A DNA stretch of 32,000 nucleotides from positions 1,830,001 through 1,862,000 of the forward strand of contig NC_006512.1 in NCBI RefSeq assembly GCF_000008465.1, read 5' to 3'. The position numbers and the translations under genes are program-made. Positions 9,564 through 18,135 of the stretch are shown one piece after another. Positions within the stretch are counted from its first letter, which is position 1; every line of letters starts with the position of its first letter. This DNA is from Idiomarina loihiensis L2TR (GTDB lineage Bacteria; Pseudomonadota; Gammaproteobacteria; Enterobacterales; Alteromonadaceae). A model generated the notes under the pieces. The model ran no database searches. It saw only the letters and a list, made by a program, of their open reading frames with translations, and had not been told where the DNA came from.

Positions 9564-10937
9564 ATGATCAGCGTTTTTGATATCTACAAAATTGGTATTG
9601 GTCCTTCCAGTTCTCACACTGTGGGGCCGATGAAAGCAGCCTATGAATTTTTGCATGCCGCAAAAGAGGCGGGACACCTTACTAAAGCAGACGGGATTAA
9701 AGTTGAGCTGTTTGGTTCACTAGGCCAAACGGGTAAAGGTCATGGTACCGGCAAAGCCGTTATTCTTGGATTGGTCGGAGAGACTCCCGAAACAGTAGAC
9801 ACTGACAGCGTGGAAGATTTTCTGGAGCAAACTCGTAAGACTGAAAAGCTGAACTTGCTTGGTGAGAAAGAAGTCTCCTTTCCCAGCGAAGGCGCCATTA
9901 CTTTTCACCGCCGAAAAACCATGCCCAAACACGCCAACGCCATGGAACTCAAGCTGCTAAAAGACGGTGAGATCATCTATAGCGACCTATATTACTCCAT
10001 CGGCGGTGGCTTCATTGTGCGCGATGAAGATTTTGACGAGACGCTGGAAGAAGCGATAGAACAGTCGTCTAAACCTATTCCATATCCGTTTGACAGTGCA
10101 GCGGATCTTCTGGCGCATTGCAAAGAGCACGGTATGCGCATGAGTTCATTAATGATGGCTAACGAAAAAGTCTTCCGCAGTGAAGAGGATATTCGGGCCG
10201 GATTAATGAAGATTTGGCGCACCATGCAGGAAAGCATCAAAAACGGTATTACTACCGAAGGCATTCTGCCGGGTGGACTTAAAGTGCGTCGCCGCGCATC
10301 GTCTTTATATCAGCGACTGAAGAAAGAAAAATCCAGCGATGCCATGCAGGTCATGGACTGGGTCGATTTATACGCTTTAGCCGTTAACGAAGAAAATGCC
10401 GCAGGCGGGCGCATTGTAACAGCCCCGACTAACGGAGCCGCTGGCATTATTCCTGCGGTAATGAGCTACGCTGACAGATTCATCGAAACGCTGGACGAAG
10501 ATGCAGTCGTGCGCTTCTTACTGACTTCAGCTGCTATCGGTATTCTTTATAAGAAAAATGCTTCAATTTCAGGTGCTGAAGTCGGTTGTCAGGGTGAAGT
10601 GGGTGTTGCCTGTTCAATGGCCGCTGGTGCCCTGGCCGAATTTATGGGCGGTGACCCGTCAAGAGTCGAGAATGCGGCAGAAATAGGTATGGAGCATAAC
10701 CTGGGTCTAACCTGCGACCCGGTGGGAGGTTTAGTACAAGTACCCTGTATTGAACGAAACGCCATGGGCTCGGTTAAAGCCATTAATGCCGCCCGCTTAG
10801 CCATGCGAGGCGAAGGCGATCATAAAGTGTCTCTGGATAAAGTGATTAAAACCATGTGGGACACCGGCAACGATATGAAAACCAAATACAAAGAAACCGC
10901 TCGCGGCGGTTTGGCAGTCAATATTATTGAATGTTAA
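9564..10937 (+). CDS. sdaA: L-serine ammonia-lyase (L-serine dehydratase, Fe-S type)
   Basis: [23 protein letters not shown] is the canonical SdaA N-terminus. The C-terminal region has [14 protein letters not shown]. The track ORF starts at GTG 9510, but the ATG at 9564 has an AAGGA at 9554..9558. Confidence 0.92.
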   Translation: MISVFDIYKIGIGPSSSHTVGPMKAAYEFLHAAKEAGHLTKADGIKVELFGSLGQTGKGHGTGKAVILGLVGETPETVDTDSVEDFLEQTRKTEKLNLLGEKEVSFPSEGAITFHRRKTMPKHANAMELKLLKDGEIIYSDLYYSIGGGFIVRDEDFDETLEEAIEQSSKPIPYPFDSAADLLAHCKEHGMRMSSLMMANEKVFRSEEDIRAGLMKIWRTMQESIKNGITTEGILPGGLKVRRRASSLYQRLKKEKSSDAMQVMDWVDLYALAVNEENAAGGRIVTAPTNGAAGIIPAVMSYADRFIETLDEDAVVRFLLTSAAIGILYKKNASISGAEVGCQGEVGVACSMAAGALAEFMGGDPSRVENAAEIGMEHNLGLTCDPVGGLVQVPCIERNAMGSVKAINAARLAMRGEGDHKVSLDKVIKTMWDTGNDMKTKYKETARGGLAVNIIEC

Positions 10938-10960
10938 CCAGTTGATGCTGCTGCCGGTGC

Positions 10961-11959
<999 letters not shown>

Positions 11960-12072
11960 CTAAATGTGATATAAGAAAATACTATAATAATCTTGATAAC
12001 TATGACAAATATAAAAGCTATCGCAACAGTATTTTGTCGAGGCTTCTCTTTGGACCACAGGAACTGTCATCT

Positions 12073-12756
12073 ATGACCCAACCCGCATTTGATTTTTCAA
12101 CCGTCCTGGCTTCTTCTGTGCACGACATGAAAAACTCACTGTGCTTACTCATTCAGATGATAGAAGAAGTATCAGAACAGGTCGCTGACAGCAGTGCAAC
12201 AGAAAAAATGGCGAAAGTCCATTATGAGGCTCAGCGTATCAATTCAAGTTTGATGCAAATGCTCACGCTTTATCGCAACGACAATAACGCTTTACCACTC
12301 AATAGCGACCAGCACCACGTCGACGAACTTGTCGAAGAGCTGTTACTAAACAATGAGCTCTATCTTGAGCAGCGGAACATTACTGTCAGCACCGACATTG
12401 ATGAAACAGCAACAGGCTGGTTCGACAGGGACCTGATCTTTAATCTGCTTAATGACATCATCATTAATGCAATGCGCTACACAGCCGATAAGCTCTTTAT
12501 AAAAGTAGAGATAACCGAAGATGGTGGATGTCGTATTATGGTTCACGACAATGGCGATGGTTTTCCTGCTAGTATGCTGGAAAACGCCACTATGCCGATA
12601 CAACAATTGAATATTCAGCAATCCCGGACGGGATTAGGTCTATACTTTGCTCAGATGATAGCAAGTGCCCATGAGCGAAATAATAAAAAAGGTTTTATCG
12701 AGCTGAAAAATAATGGACACTTAGGTGGTGGTGTTTTCTCTTTAACATTACCCTGA
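12073..12756 (+). CDS. Soluble, sensor-less histidine kinase (DHp + HATPase only)
   Basis: 227 aa from the ATG at 12073 (the track starts at TTG 12034). It has an H-box SSVHDMKNSL, N-box NLLNDIIINAMRY, G1 VHDNGDGF and G2 GLGLYF. No TM segment or PAS/GAF-sized N-terminal region is present. Confidence 0.8.
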   Translation: MTQPAFDFSTVLASSVHDMKNSLCLLIQMIEEVSEQVADSSATEKMAKVHYEAQRINSSLMQMLTLYRNDNNALPLNSDQHHVDELVEELLLNNELYLEQRNITVSTDIDETATGWFDRDLIFNLLNDIIINAMRYTADKLFIKVEITEDGGCRIMVHDNGDGFPASMLENATMPIQQLNIQQSRTGLGLYFAQMIASAHERNNKKGFIELKNNGHLGGGVFSLTLP

Positions 12757-12784
12757 AAAATAATTATAACTTAACGAGCGTAAT

Positions 12785-13543
12785 ATGATTTACACCATTG
12801 TCATCGCATTGATTATATTACTAATAATAATGGCAATTATAGTTGGTGCGGTACAACAGAACAGACAGCGTTTAGAACTAGAGCGGCGTAAGAAGTTGGC
12901 GCGCTTTCGCAGTTCGCTTGAACAGATCGAAGATCTCATTCATATGTCGAGCTTCTTCCCTATTGGTAAATCCATGCTGGTGGTTCTTAATAGCCGTGCG
13001 TTAGAAATACTTAAAGGTATGAACGCAGCATCGCCGTCAAAAGACTATAAGGCGCGAATACAGGATTACGAAGAGCGCATACAAAGTGTTGACCGTAACG
13101 ACACCTCGTTAATCAGTGAAGACTTTGAGATCCCGGAAAACAACAAGCAAATCATAGCAATGATCAATGGGCTGAAGCGTTTACGTTCTACTTTACGCAA
13201 TGAGCATTCCCGCGGTCGGGTCGACAGCAATGTTTTTAGTGTCGAAGATCAGCGTTTGACCAAGTTGCAACTGAAAATTAGTATTGAAACCTTAATACGC
13301 CGGGGCCGTCATGCTTACGAAAGTCAGATGTTAGGTTCCGCCAGACAGTATTATGAAAAAGCATTACGCACCATAGAAGACCAGAGCTTTAGCGACGACT
13401 ACACTACGTCGCGCCAGCAATCGATTAAAAAAGCGCTGGAACAAATTGCACAAGAGTTGAAAGATGCTCATACGCGAGACAAAGAAAAACATAAAAAAGA
13501 AGACGATTTAGAAGAACTGTTTCAACCTAAGAGAAAATGGTAG
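12785..13543 (+). CDS. Hypothetical single-pass membrane protein with a long helical, charged cytoplasmic region
   Basis: 252 aa. The N-terminal hydrophobic helix is IYTIVIALIILLIIMAIIVGAV, followed by a Lys/Glu/Arg-rich predicted helical region. I do not recognise the family. It starts 28 nt after the kinase gene, and its stop overlaps the yciH start. Confidence 0.6.
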   Translation: MIYTIVIALIILLIIMAIIVGAVQQNRQRLELERRKKLARFRSSLEQIEDLIHMSSFFPIGKSMLVVLNSRALEILKGMNAASPSKDYKARIQDYEERIQSVDRNDTSLISEDFEIPENNKQIIAMINGLKRLRSTLRNEHSRGRVDSNVFSVEDQRLTKLQLKISIETLIRRGRHAYESQMLGSARQYYEKALRTIEDQSFSDDYTTSRQQSIKKALEQIAQELKDAHTRDKEKHKKEDDLEELFQPKRKW

Positions 13544-13884
13544 AAAGAATGCCGGACTGGAAAGACCAACTAAGCCAAATGGTATATTCAACAGACTCGG
13601 GACGTATTGATCCGGAACCTGAACCGGAGGAAGTTCCTGAAGGCGATGGTATTGTCCGCCTGCGCCGCGAAACCAAAGGTCGAAAGGGCAAAGGAGTAAC
13701 CATTGTCACTGGGCTGGATAAACCGCAAACAGAGTTAAAGTCGATTGCAAAAAAACTCAAGCAGTTCTGTGGCGTTGGTGGCGCGGTTAAAGAGTACGAA
13801 ATAGAACTACAAGGCGACCAGCGCGACAGCATTGAAAGCTGGTTAAAAAAGGAAGGCTATAAAGTTAAGCGTGCGGGCGGCTAA
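13537..13884 (+). CDS. yciH: SUI1/eIF1-family translation factor YciH
   Basis: The product matches E. coli YciH (VYSTDSGRID, GDGIVRLRRETKGRKGKGVTIVTGL, CGVGGAVK, KVKRAGG). ATG 13537 overlaps the upstream stop (ATGGTAG). ATG 13549 is an alternative start. Confidence 0.88.
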   Translation: MVERMPDWKDQLSQMVYSTDSGRIDPEPEPEEVPEGDGIVRLRRETKGRKGKGVTIVTGLDKPQTELKSIAKKLKQFCGVGGAVKEYEIELQGDQRDSIESWLKKEGYKVKRAGG

Positions 13885-15535
13885 GGTCGTATTCAATATA
13901 TAGACGTCGTCCGTCATCACGCCACTCAACATGGCTTGAAAAGTTTCTTATCAGCTGTAATCCACGACCAAACGCCTGTTGTTCGTCATCGTCGGATGCT
14001 TGCTGATATTCCGAAAAACCATTTCCGCTATTGGATGAAATACTAAACGAAAGCAAGTTGTTATCCGGTTTGTATTCAATATCAATTTCTATTTCTACCC
14101 CTTCTAAAACAGCCAACCGCGCTTCCCGTGTCCGGTAGTATTCATCGAACCCCTGCCCGGTCTCTTTAATTCCCGAGTCCAGCTGCAAAACGCTGTGTTC
14201 CAGGGTATTGTTAAAAGCTTCTGCTAACAATAAATACAAGGTTGTTTTGTGCGCGCGGATACCTTCAAGATGGCTTAAAGAATCCACCAGCTTGATAATT
14301 GGATCGCGCCCTTTAATTTCATTTTCTTTTAAATAAACCACTAACCGAAAGGGCAGATGAGTTACATTAGTATCAGGCTGGCTAACGGGTAAATTGGTGG
14401 CTTCACAATCCAGACACACCAATGAAATATCGTCAAACTGTTCTTGCCCTTGCTGAAAAGTCTGGAATGATCCGACTAACCCCTCAAAGTCTCGCTCGCG
14501 GGCATAGCGTAACAACAGAGCCTCGAATCCCCGTTCAGATAATCGTTCATCAGCCTTGTTGGTCATCTCCACCACACCGTCGGTATAGGTTATCAGGCGG
14601 ATGTTTTTCTCAACAAAACAATGACTAACCTGACTGCTGAACTCTTCCGGAGACAAAATGCCCAATGCCATATGCTCAGGCACCAGTCGCTTCTCGACTT
14701 CTCCGGCTTCATTTATCAGCAGCGCATCGGGAATGCCACCATTCCAATAAGTTAAACGATCACCATTGGCTGACAACTCAGCAACAAAAGCAGCACAAAA
14801 CATGTCATCGGGTAACAGCTTAACCAGTTTGCGGTTAAACTCTTCAACCATGTTAGCTATTGAGAGCCCTTTTTCAGCTGAATCAAAAAAGGTTTGAGCA
14901 ACGGGAAGAGCACCGGTAGCAGGAGCTAACCCGTGTCCGGTGAAGTCACCGACAAACAGATAAAAATTTCCCAGAGGTCCGGCTTTAGAGAGAACTAAGT
15001 CACCGTTAAACTCGCTGGCCGGTGCAAGATAGGTTTTTAAGAACGGATATTCTGTTTCGTTTTCCTGCAGCGCGTTAGCCAGCATGTGCCTGACCACATT
15101 CTGCTCTCGCTCCATTCGGTTAGAATGATAAGCCAGAGTTTCATTTTTACCTTTGAGGGAATAACTCAACTCGCGAACCCGCGCATGAGCATTTAGTTTT
15201 GCCTGCAGGACAACCGGCTCAAAAGGCACGCTAATAAAATCATCCCCTCCGGCCTCAAGGCATTTCAATAAGGTTTCCTGATCATCCAGTGCCGTAATAA
15301 ATAAAATCGGCAAATGGACATCGCCGCTTAGAGCTTTTAACCGGGGAGCGGTCTGAAAGCCGTCCATAACCGGCATCATAACGTCCAGTAACACCACGTC
15401 CGGCGCCAGGCTGGCAAAAATATCAATAGCCTCAATGCCGTTATCAGCGCAGGTGACCTGATGACCAAAGCGTTTAATCAGACCACTCAGCATCACCTGG
15501 TTAGCAGGCTGATCATCGACAATCAGTACCTTCAT
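13865..15535 (-). CDS. HsbR/CrsR-type three-domain partner-switching protein: receiver + PP2C (SpoIIE) phosphatase + RsbW-like Ser kinase/anti-sigma domain
   Basis: 556 aa. The N-terminal REC has MKVLIVDD, LLDVMMPVMDG, FITA and a later Lys. The central PP2C module has GDFTGHG, YTDGVVE and FDDISLV. The C-terminal GHKL-like module has LAEAFNNTLEHS, GNGF and GRGLQL. This is the same architecture as P. aeruginosa HsbR and Shewanella CrsR. Confidence 0.8.
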   Translation of the reverse strand: MKVLIVDDQPANQVMLSGLIKRFGHQVTCADNGIEAIDIFASLAPDVVLLDVMMPVMDGFQTAPRLKALSGDVHLPILFITALDDQETLLKCLEAGGDDFISVPFEPVVLQAKLNAHARVRELSYSLKGKNETLAYHSNRMEREQNVVRHMLANALQENETEYPFLKTYLAPASEFNGDLVLSKAGPLGNFYLFVGDFTGHGLAPATGALPVAQTFFDSAEKGLSIANMVEEFNRKLVKLLPDDMFCAAFVAELSANGDRLTYWNGGIPDALLINEAGEVEKRLVPEHMALGILSPEEFSSQVSHCFVEKNIRLITYTDGVVEMTNKADERLSERGFEALLLRYARERDFEGLVGSFQTFQQGQEQFDDISLVCLDCEATNLPVSQPDTNVTHLPFRLVVYLKENEIKGRDPIIKLVDSLSHLEGIRAHKTTLYLLLAEAFNNTLEHSVLQLDSGIKETGQGFDEYYRTREARLAVLEGVEIEIDIEYKPDNNLLSFSISSNSGNGFSEYQQASDDDEQQAFGRGLQLIRNFSSHVEWRDDGRRLYIEYDLSRPHA

Positions 15536-15840
15536 CAGGCAATAACAAACATCTTATCAAAGCGGGATATATCAAGAATACGACGCACGTCCGGCTTGGC
15601 ATTAATCAGTTGAATGCCTTTTACACTGCTGCCTAAAGACTTACGCATGTTGAGCAGCATACCGAGCGCCGAGCTGTCCAGATAATCGGTTTCCCTCAGG
15701 TCGATAATTACGGTTGGTTGTGAATCACCAATATGACTGTAGGCCTGACGGAATTCCTGTACCAGGCTAAAATCAAATTTCCCTTTAATAGCAATAACTA
15801 ACTGCTTACCATCATTTGAAAAGTCGCGACTAACGTTCAT
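15535..15840 (-). CDS. STAS-domain anti-sigma-factor antagonist (HsbA/CrsA/SpoIIAA-like)
   Basis: 101 aa from the ATG at 15840, which has an AGAGGTGA Shine-Dalgarno. The track's upstream start at 15870 lacks one. The STAS signature is present, including the phosphorylatable-Ser context DYLDSSALGML. The stop overlaps the start of the downstream phosphatase/kinase gene (TGATG). Confidence 0.8.
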   Translation of the reverse strand: MNVSRDFSNDGKQLVIAIKGKFDFSLVQEFRQAYSHIGDSQPTVIIDLRETDYLDSSALGMLLNMRKSLGSSVKGIQLINAKPDVRRILDISRFDKMFVIA

Positions 15841-15941
15841 ACTCACCTCTTTTTTTAATGAGCATAACACAGATTTTCTGATTGAGTTTATCTGCTGAAT
15901 ACCCTACTCTTTCGGTCACAATAAATCCTAATTATGTGATT

Positions 15942-16736
15942 ATGGCAATAGCCTTTGACGAACTCCGTATTTTGCTTATCGAACCTTCCGATGTGCAAAG
16001 AAAAGTAATTACTCAGCACCTGAACCAGGCGGGCATTCAGCATACCCGTGGCGCTTCAACCATTGCTGAAGCAAAAGAAGAAATACTTCGCTGGCAACCC
16101 GATATTGTCACCAGCGCTATGTATTTTTCTGACGGCACTTCACATGAACTCATTGAATTCATTAATAGTAACGACTTAAAAGATACTTTACATTTTATGT
16201 TGGTGTCATCCGAACATCGTGCCGATCAGCTGGAGCAATTCAAACAAGCGGGTATTATTGCCATTTTACCAAAACCTTTTACGCCGGATCAGCTCCAGCG
16301 GGCTATTACCGCTACCATGGACATGATGGAACCCGAGCCACTTCATCTTGAGCTTTATGATGTCGAGGATTTGCGGGTATTAATTGTTGATGACAGCATG
16401 ACCTCGCGCCATGTCTTAAGACGTGTATTTGAAAATCTGGGTGTTGAGAGCTTTGTTGAAGCAGAGAACGGTCAGCAGGCAATTGATATCTTAGTGGAAC
16501 ATCAATTTGACTTGATCGTCACCGACTTTCATATGCCGGAGGTAAACGGCAGTGAACTCACCCAATACATTCGCAATAGCTCAGCACATGCTCACACTCC
16601 GGTTCTCATGGTGACTGCACGCGCCAATGAGCCACAACTTGCTAACGTAAAACAAAGCGGTGTCGATGCCTTAACGGACAAACCATTTGAGCCGGCAACG
16701 TTGAGAAAACTGATCGCCCGTTTATTAAACAGTTGA
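15942..16736 (+). CDS. Tandem receiver protein: degenerate REC followed by a canonical CheY-like REC, with no output domain
   Basis: From ATG 15942 the product is MAIAFDELRILLIEPSD. REC1 has Ser (codon 16113..16115, DIVTSAMYF) where the phospho-acceptor Asp is expected, and EPSD replaces the acidic pair. REC2 is canonical (LIVDDS, DLIVTDFHMPEVNG, MVTA, DKPF). The start codon is uncertain because the Shine-Dalgarno is weak. Confidence 0.7.
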   Translation: MAIAFDELRILLIEPSDVQRKVITQHLNQAGIQHTRGASTIAEAKEEILRWQPDIVTSAMYFSDGTSHELIEFINSNDLKDTLHFMLVSSEHRADQLEQFKQAGIIAILPKPFTPDQLQRAITATMDMMEPEPLHLELYDVEDLRVLIVDDSMTSRHVLRRVFENLGVESFVEAENGQQAIDILVEHQFDLIVTDFHMPEVNGSELTQYIRNSSAHAHTPVLMVTARANEPQLANVKQSGVDALTDKPFEPATLRKLIARLLNS

Positions 16737-16772
16737 TCCTGAAGTCAGTAATTAATATTGTCCGTTAAAATG

Positions 16773-16808
16773 AAAAGCCCCTGCCAGCTGAACTGACAGG
16801 GGCTTTTT
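16773..16808. terminator. Bidirectional rho-independent terminator between convergent genes
   Basis: AAAA-GCCCCTGCCAG (16777..16787) / CTGACAGGGGC (16793..16803)-TTTTT. This is an 11-bp stem with one mismatch, an A-tract on one side and a T-tract on the other. Confidence 0.8.
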
Positions 16809-16833
16809 CCTTTTAGACTTAGCCAAAGAGCGG

Positions 16834-18135
16834 CTATTCAGATGGCTTCTGACGATACTTCTCGTAAAGCTCCGTATGTCGGCTGCTTAAGCTTACTTTG
16901 CGTCCATCAATATAAAGGTGCGTTAATTTTTGTCCTATTGGATCAAGTAAGTCACCTTCAGAGACACTCAGTGAGGCACTTTTACCCACTTCCAGTGAGC
17001 CCAGCTTATCGGCAACTCCCATAATCTCTGCTGGCTTCAATGTAATAGCCGCAAGAGCCTGCTGTTGATCCAGACCGAACGCAACCGCGTTTCCGGCAGC
17101 AAAAGGTAAGTTACGTACGTCCCAGTAACCCGGATAAGAGATAGCAAAATTTACTCCGGCTTCAGCCAGACGAGCCGGCGTAGCAAAGGCCTGATCATAA
17201 CCTTCGTCGTTACGGGCAGGTAGACCGTAAGGCGAGCCAAAAACAACGGGAACATTAAGCTCAGCTAGCTTATCGGCAATACGCCAGGCATCTCTGGCCC
17301 CCATAAGCACCAGTTCAAAACCATACTCCTGACTGGTATCAATAGCCTGCTCCAGCTGACGTTTGTCGTCGGCGTGTACGTACAGCTTCTTACTACCGTC
17401 AAACAAACCCGCCATAGCTTCCCAGCGCTGGTCCAGATCAATTTTACGATCGGCCTGCTTCGCATCGTAGTAAGCCTTTGCATCAGCGAAGACTTTCATT
17501 AGTTGCTGACGGGATTCCTCGTTCGCTTTACGCTGTTCTTCAGGTGAACGTCTCTCCCACCAGGTATTCACCACGTATGTGCGCGGCCAGGAAACATGCA
17601 CACCTATTTCTCCGGCGACCAGAGCGTCCTGATAGTTCCAGCCATCTAAATGCATTAAGGATGACTGGCCTGCTACCAGCGAGCCCTCAGGAGCCACCTG
17701 AGCGTGTGTAATGCCGTGGTAACGTACCGTCGGAATAATTTCCGAATCAGCATTAAAGGCAATGTGGCCAGCAACTTCAGGATGCACATCACCCACTTCA
17801 CGCGCGTCGCGGGTTGCCCTTACTGCTTCAATTTCATTCAGTCCAATAGTGGTATCCATGGCAATAACCCCCGGATACACGTGCTGACCTGAAATATCGA
17901 TGACTTCAGCTCCGTCCGGGATACTGACATCTCGACCAATAGCGGTGATTTTACCATTTTCAAACACTAAGTCTGAGTTGGTAAGCACCCCATCAGAAAC
18001 GGTATGCAAGGTTCCTCCCTGAAGTACAATAGGGTTGCTTTGTTCTTCGCCCGGAACTTCGTCATGTGCCGCAGCACTATTAAGCGTCAGCGCACTGACT
18101 AATGCGGCACTAACGGTTGTAAGTAATTTATTCAT
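16834..18135 (-). CDS. Secreted amidohydrolase-superfamily protein with a degenerate metal site
   Basis: The preferred start is the ATG at 18135 (MNKLLTTVSAALVSALTLNSAAA, a signal peptide), not the track start 18186. It has the amidohydrolase composite-domain fold pattern (ENGKITAIG, VIDISGQHVYPG), but GVIAMDTTIG (17842..17871) replaces the G-x-ID-x-H-x-H motif. The start overlaps the upstream stop (TAATG). Confidence 0.75.
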   Translation of the reverse strand: MNKLLTTVSAALVSALTLNSAAAHDEVPGEEQSNPIVLQGGTLHTVSDGVLTNSDLVFENGKITAIGRDVSIPDGAEVIDISGQHVYPGVIAMDTTIGLNEIEAVRATRDAREVGDVHPEVAGHIAFNADSEIIPTVRYHGITHAQVAPEGSLVAGQSSLMHLDGWNYQDALVAGEIGVHVSWPRTYVVNTWWERRSPEEQRKANEESRQQLMKVFADAKAYYDAKQADRKIDLDQRWEAMAGLFDGSKKLYVHADDKRQLEQAIDTSQEYGFELVLMGARDAWRIADKLAELNVPVVFGSPYGLPARNDEGYDQAFATPARLAEAGVNFAISYPGYWDVRNLPFAAGNAVAFGLDQQQALAAITLKPAEIMGVADKLGSLEVGKSASLSVSEGDLLDPIGQKLTHLYIDGRKVSLSSRHTELYEKYRQKPSE

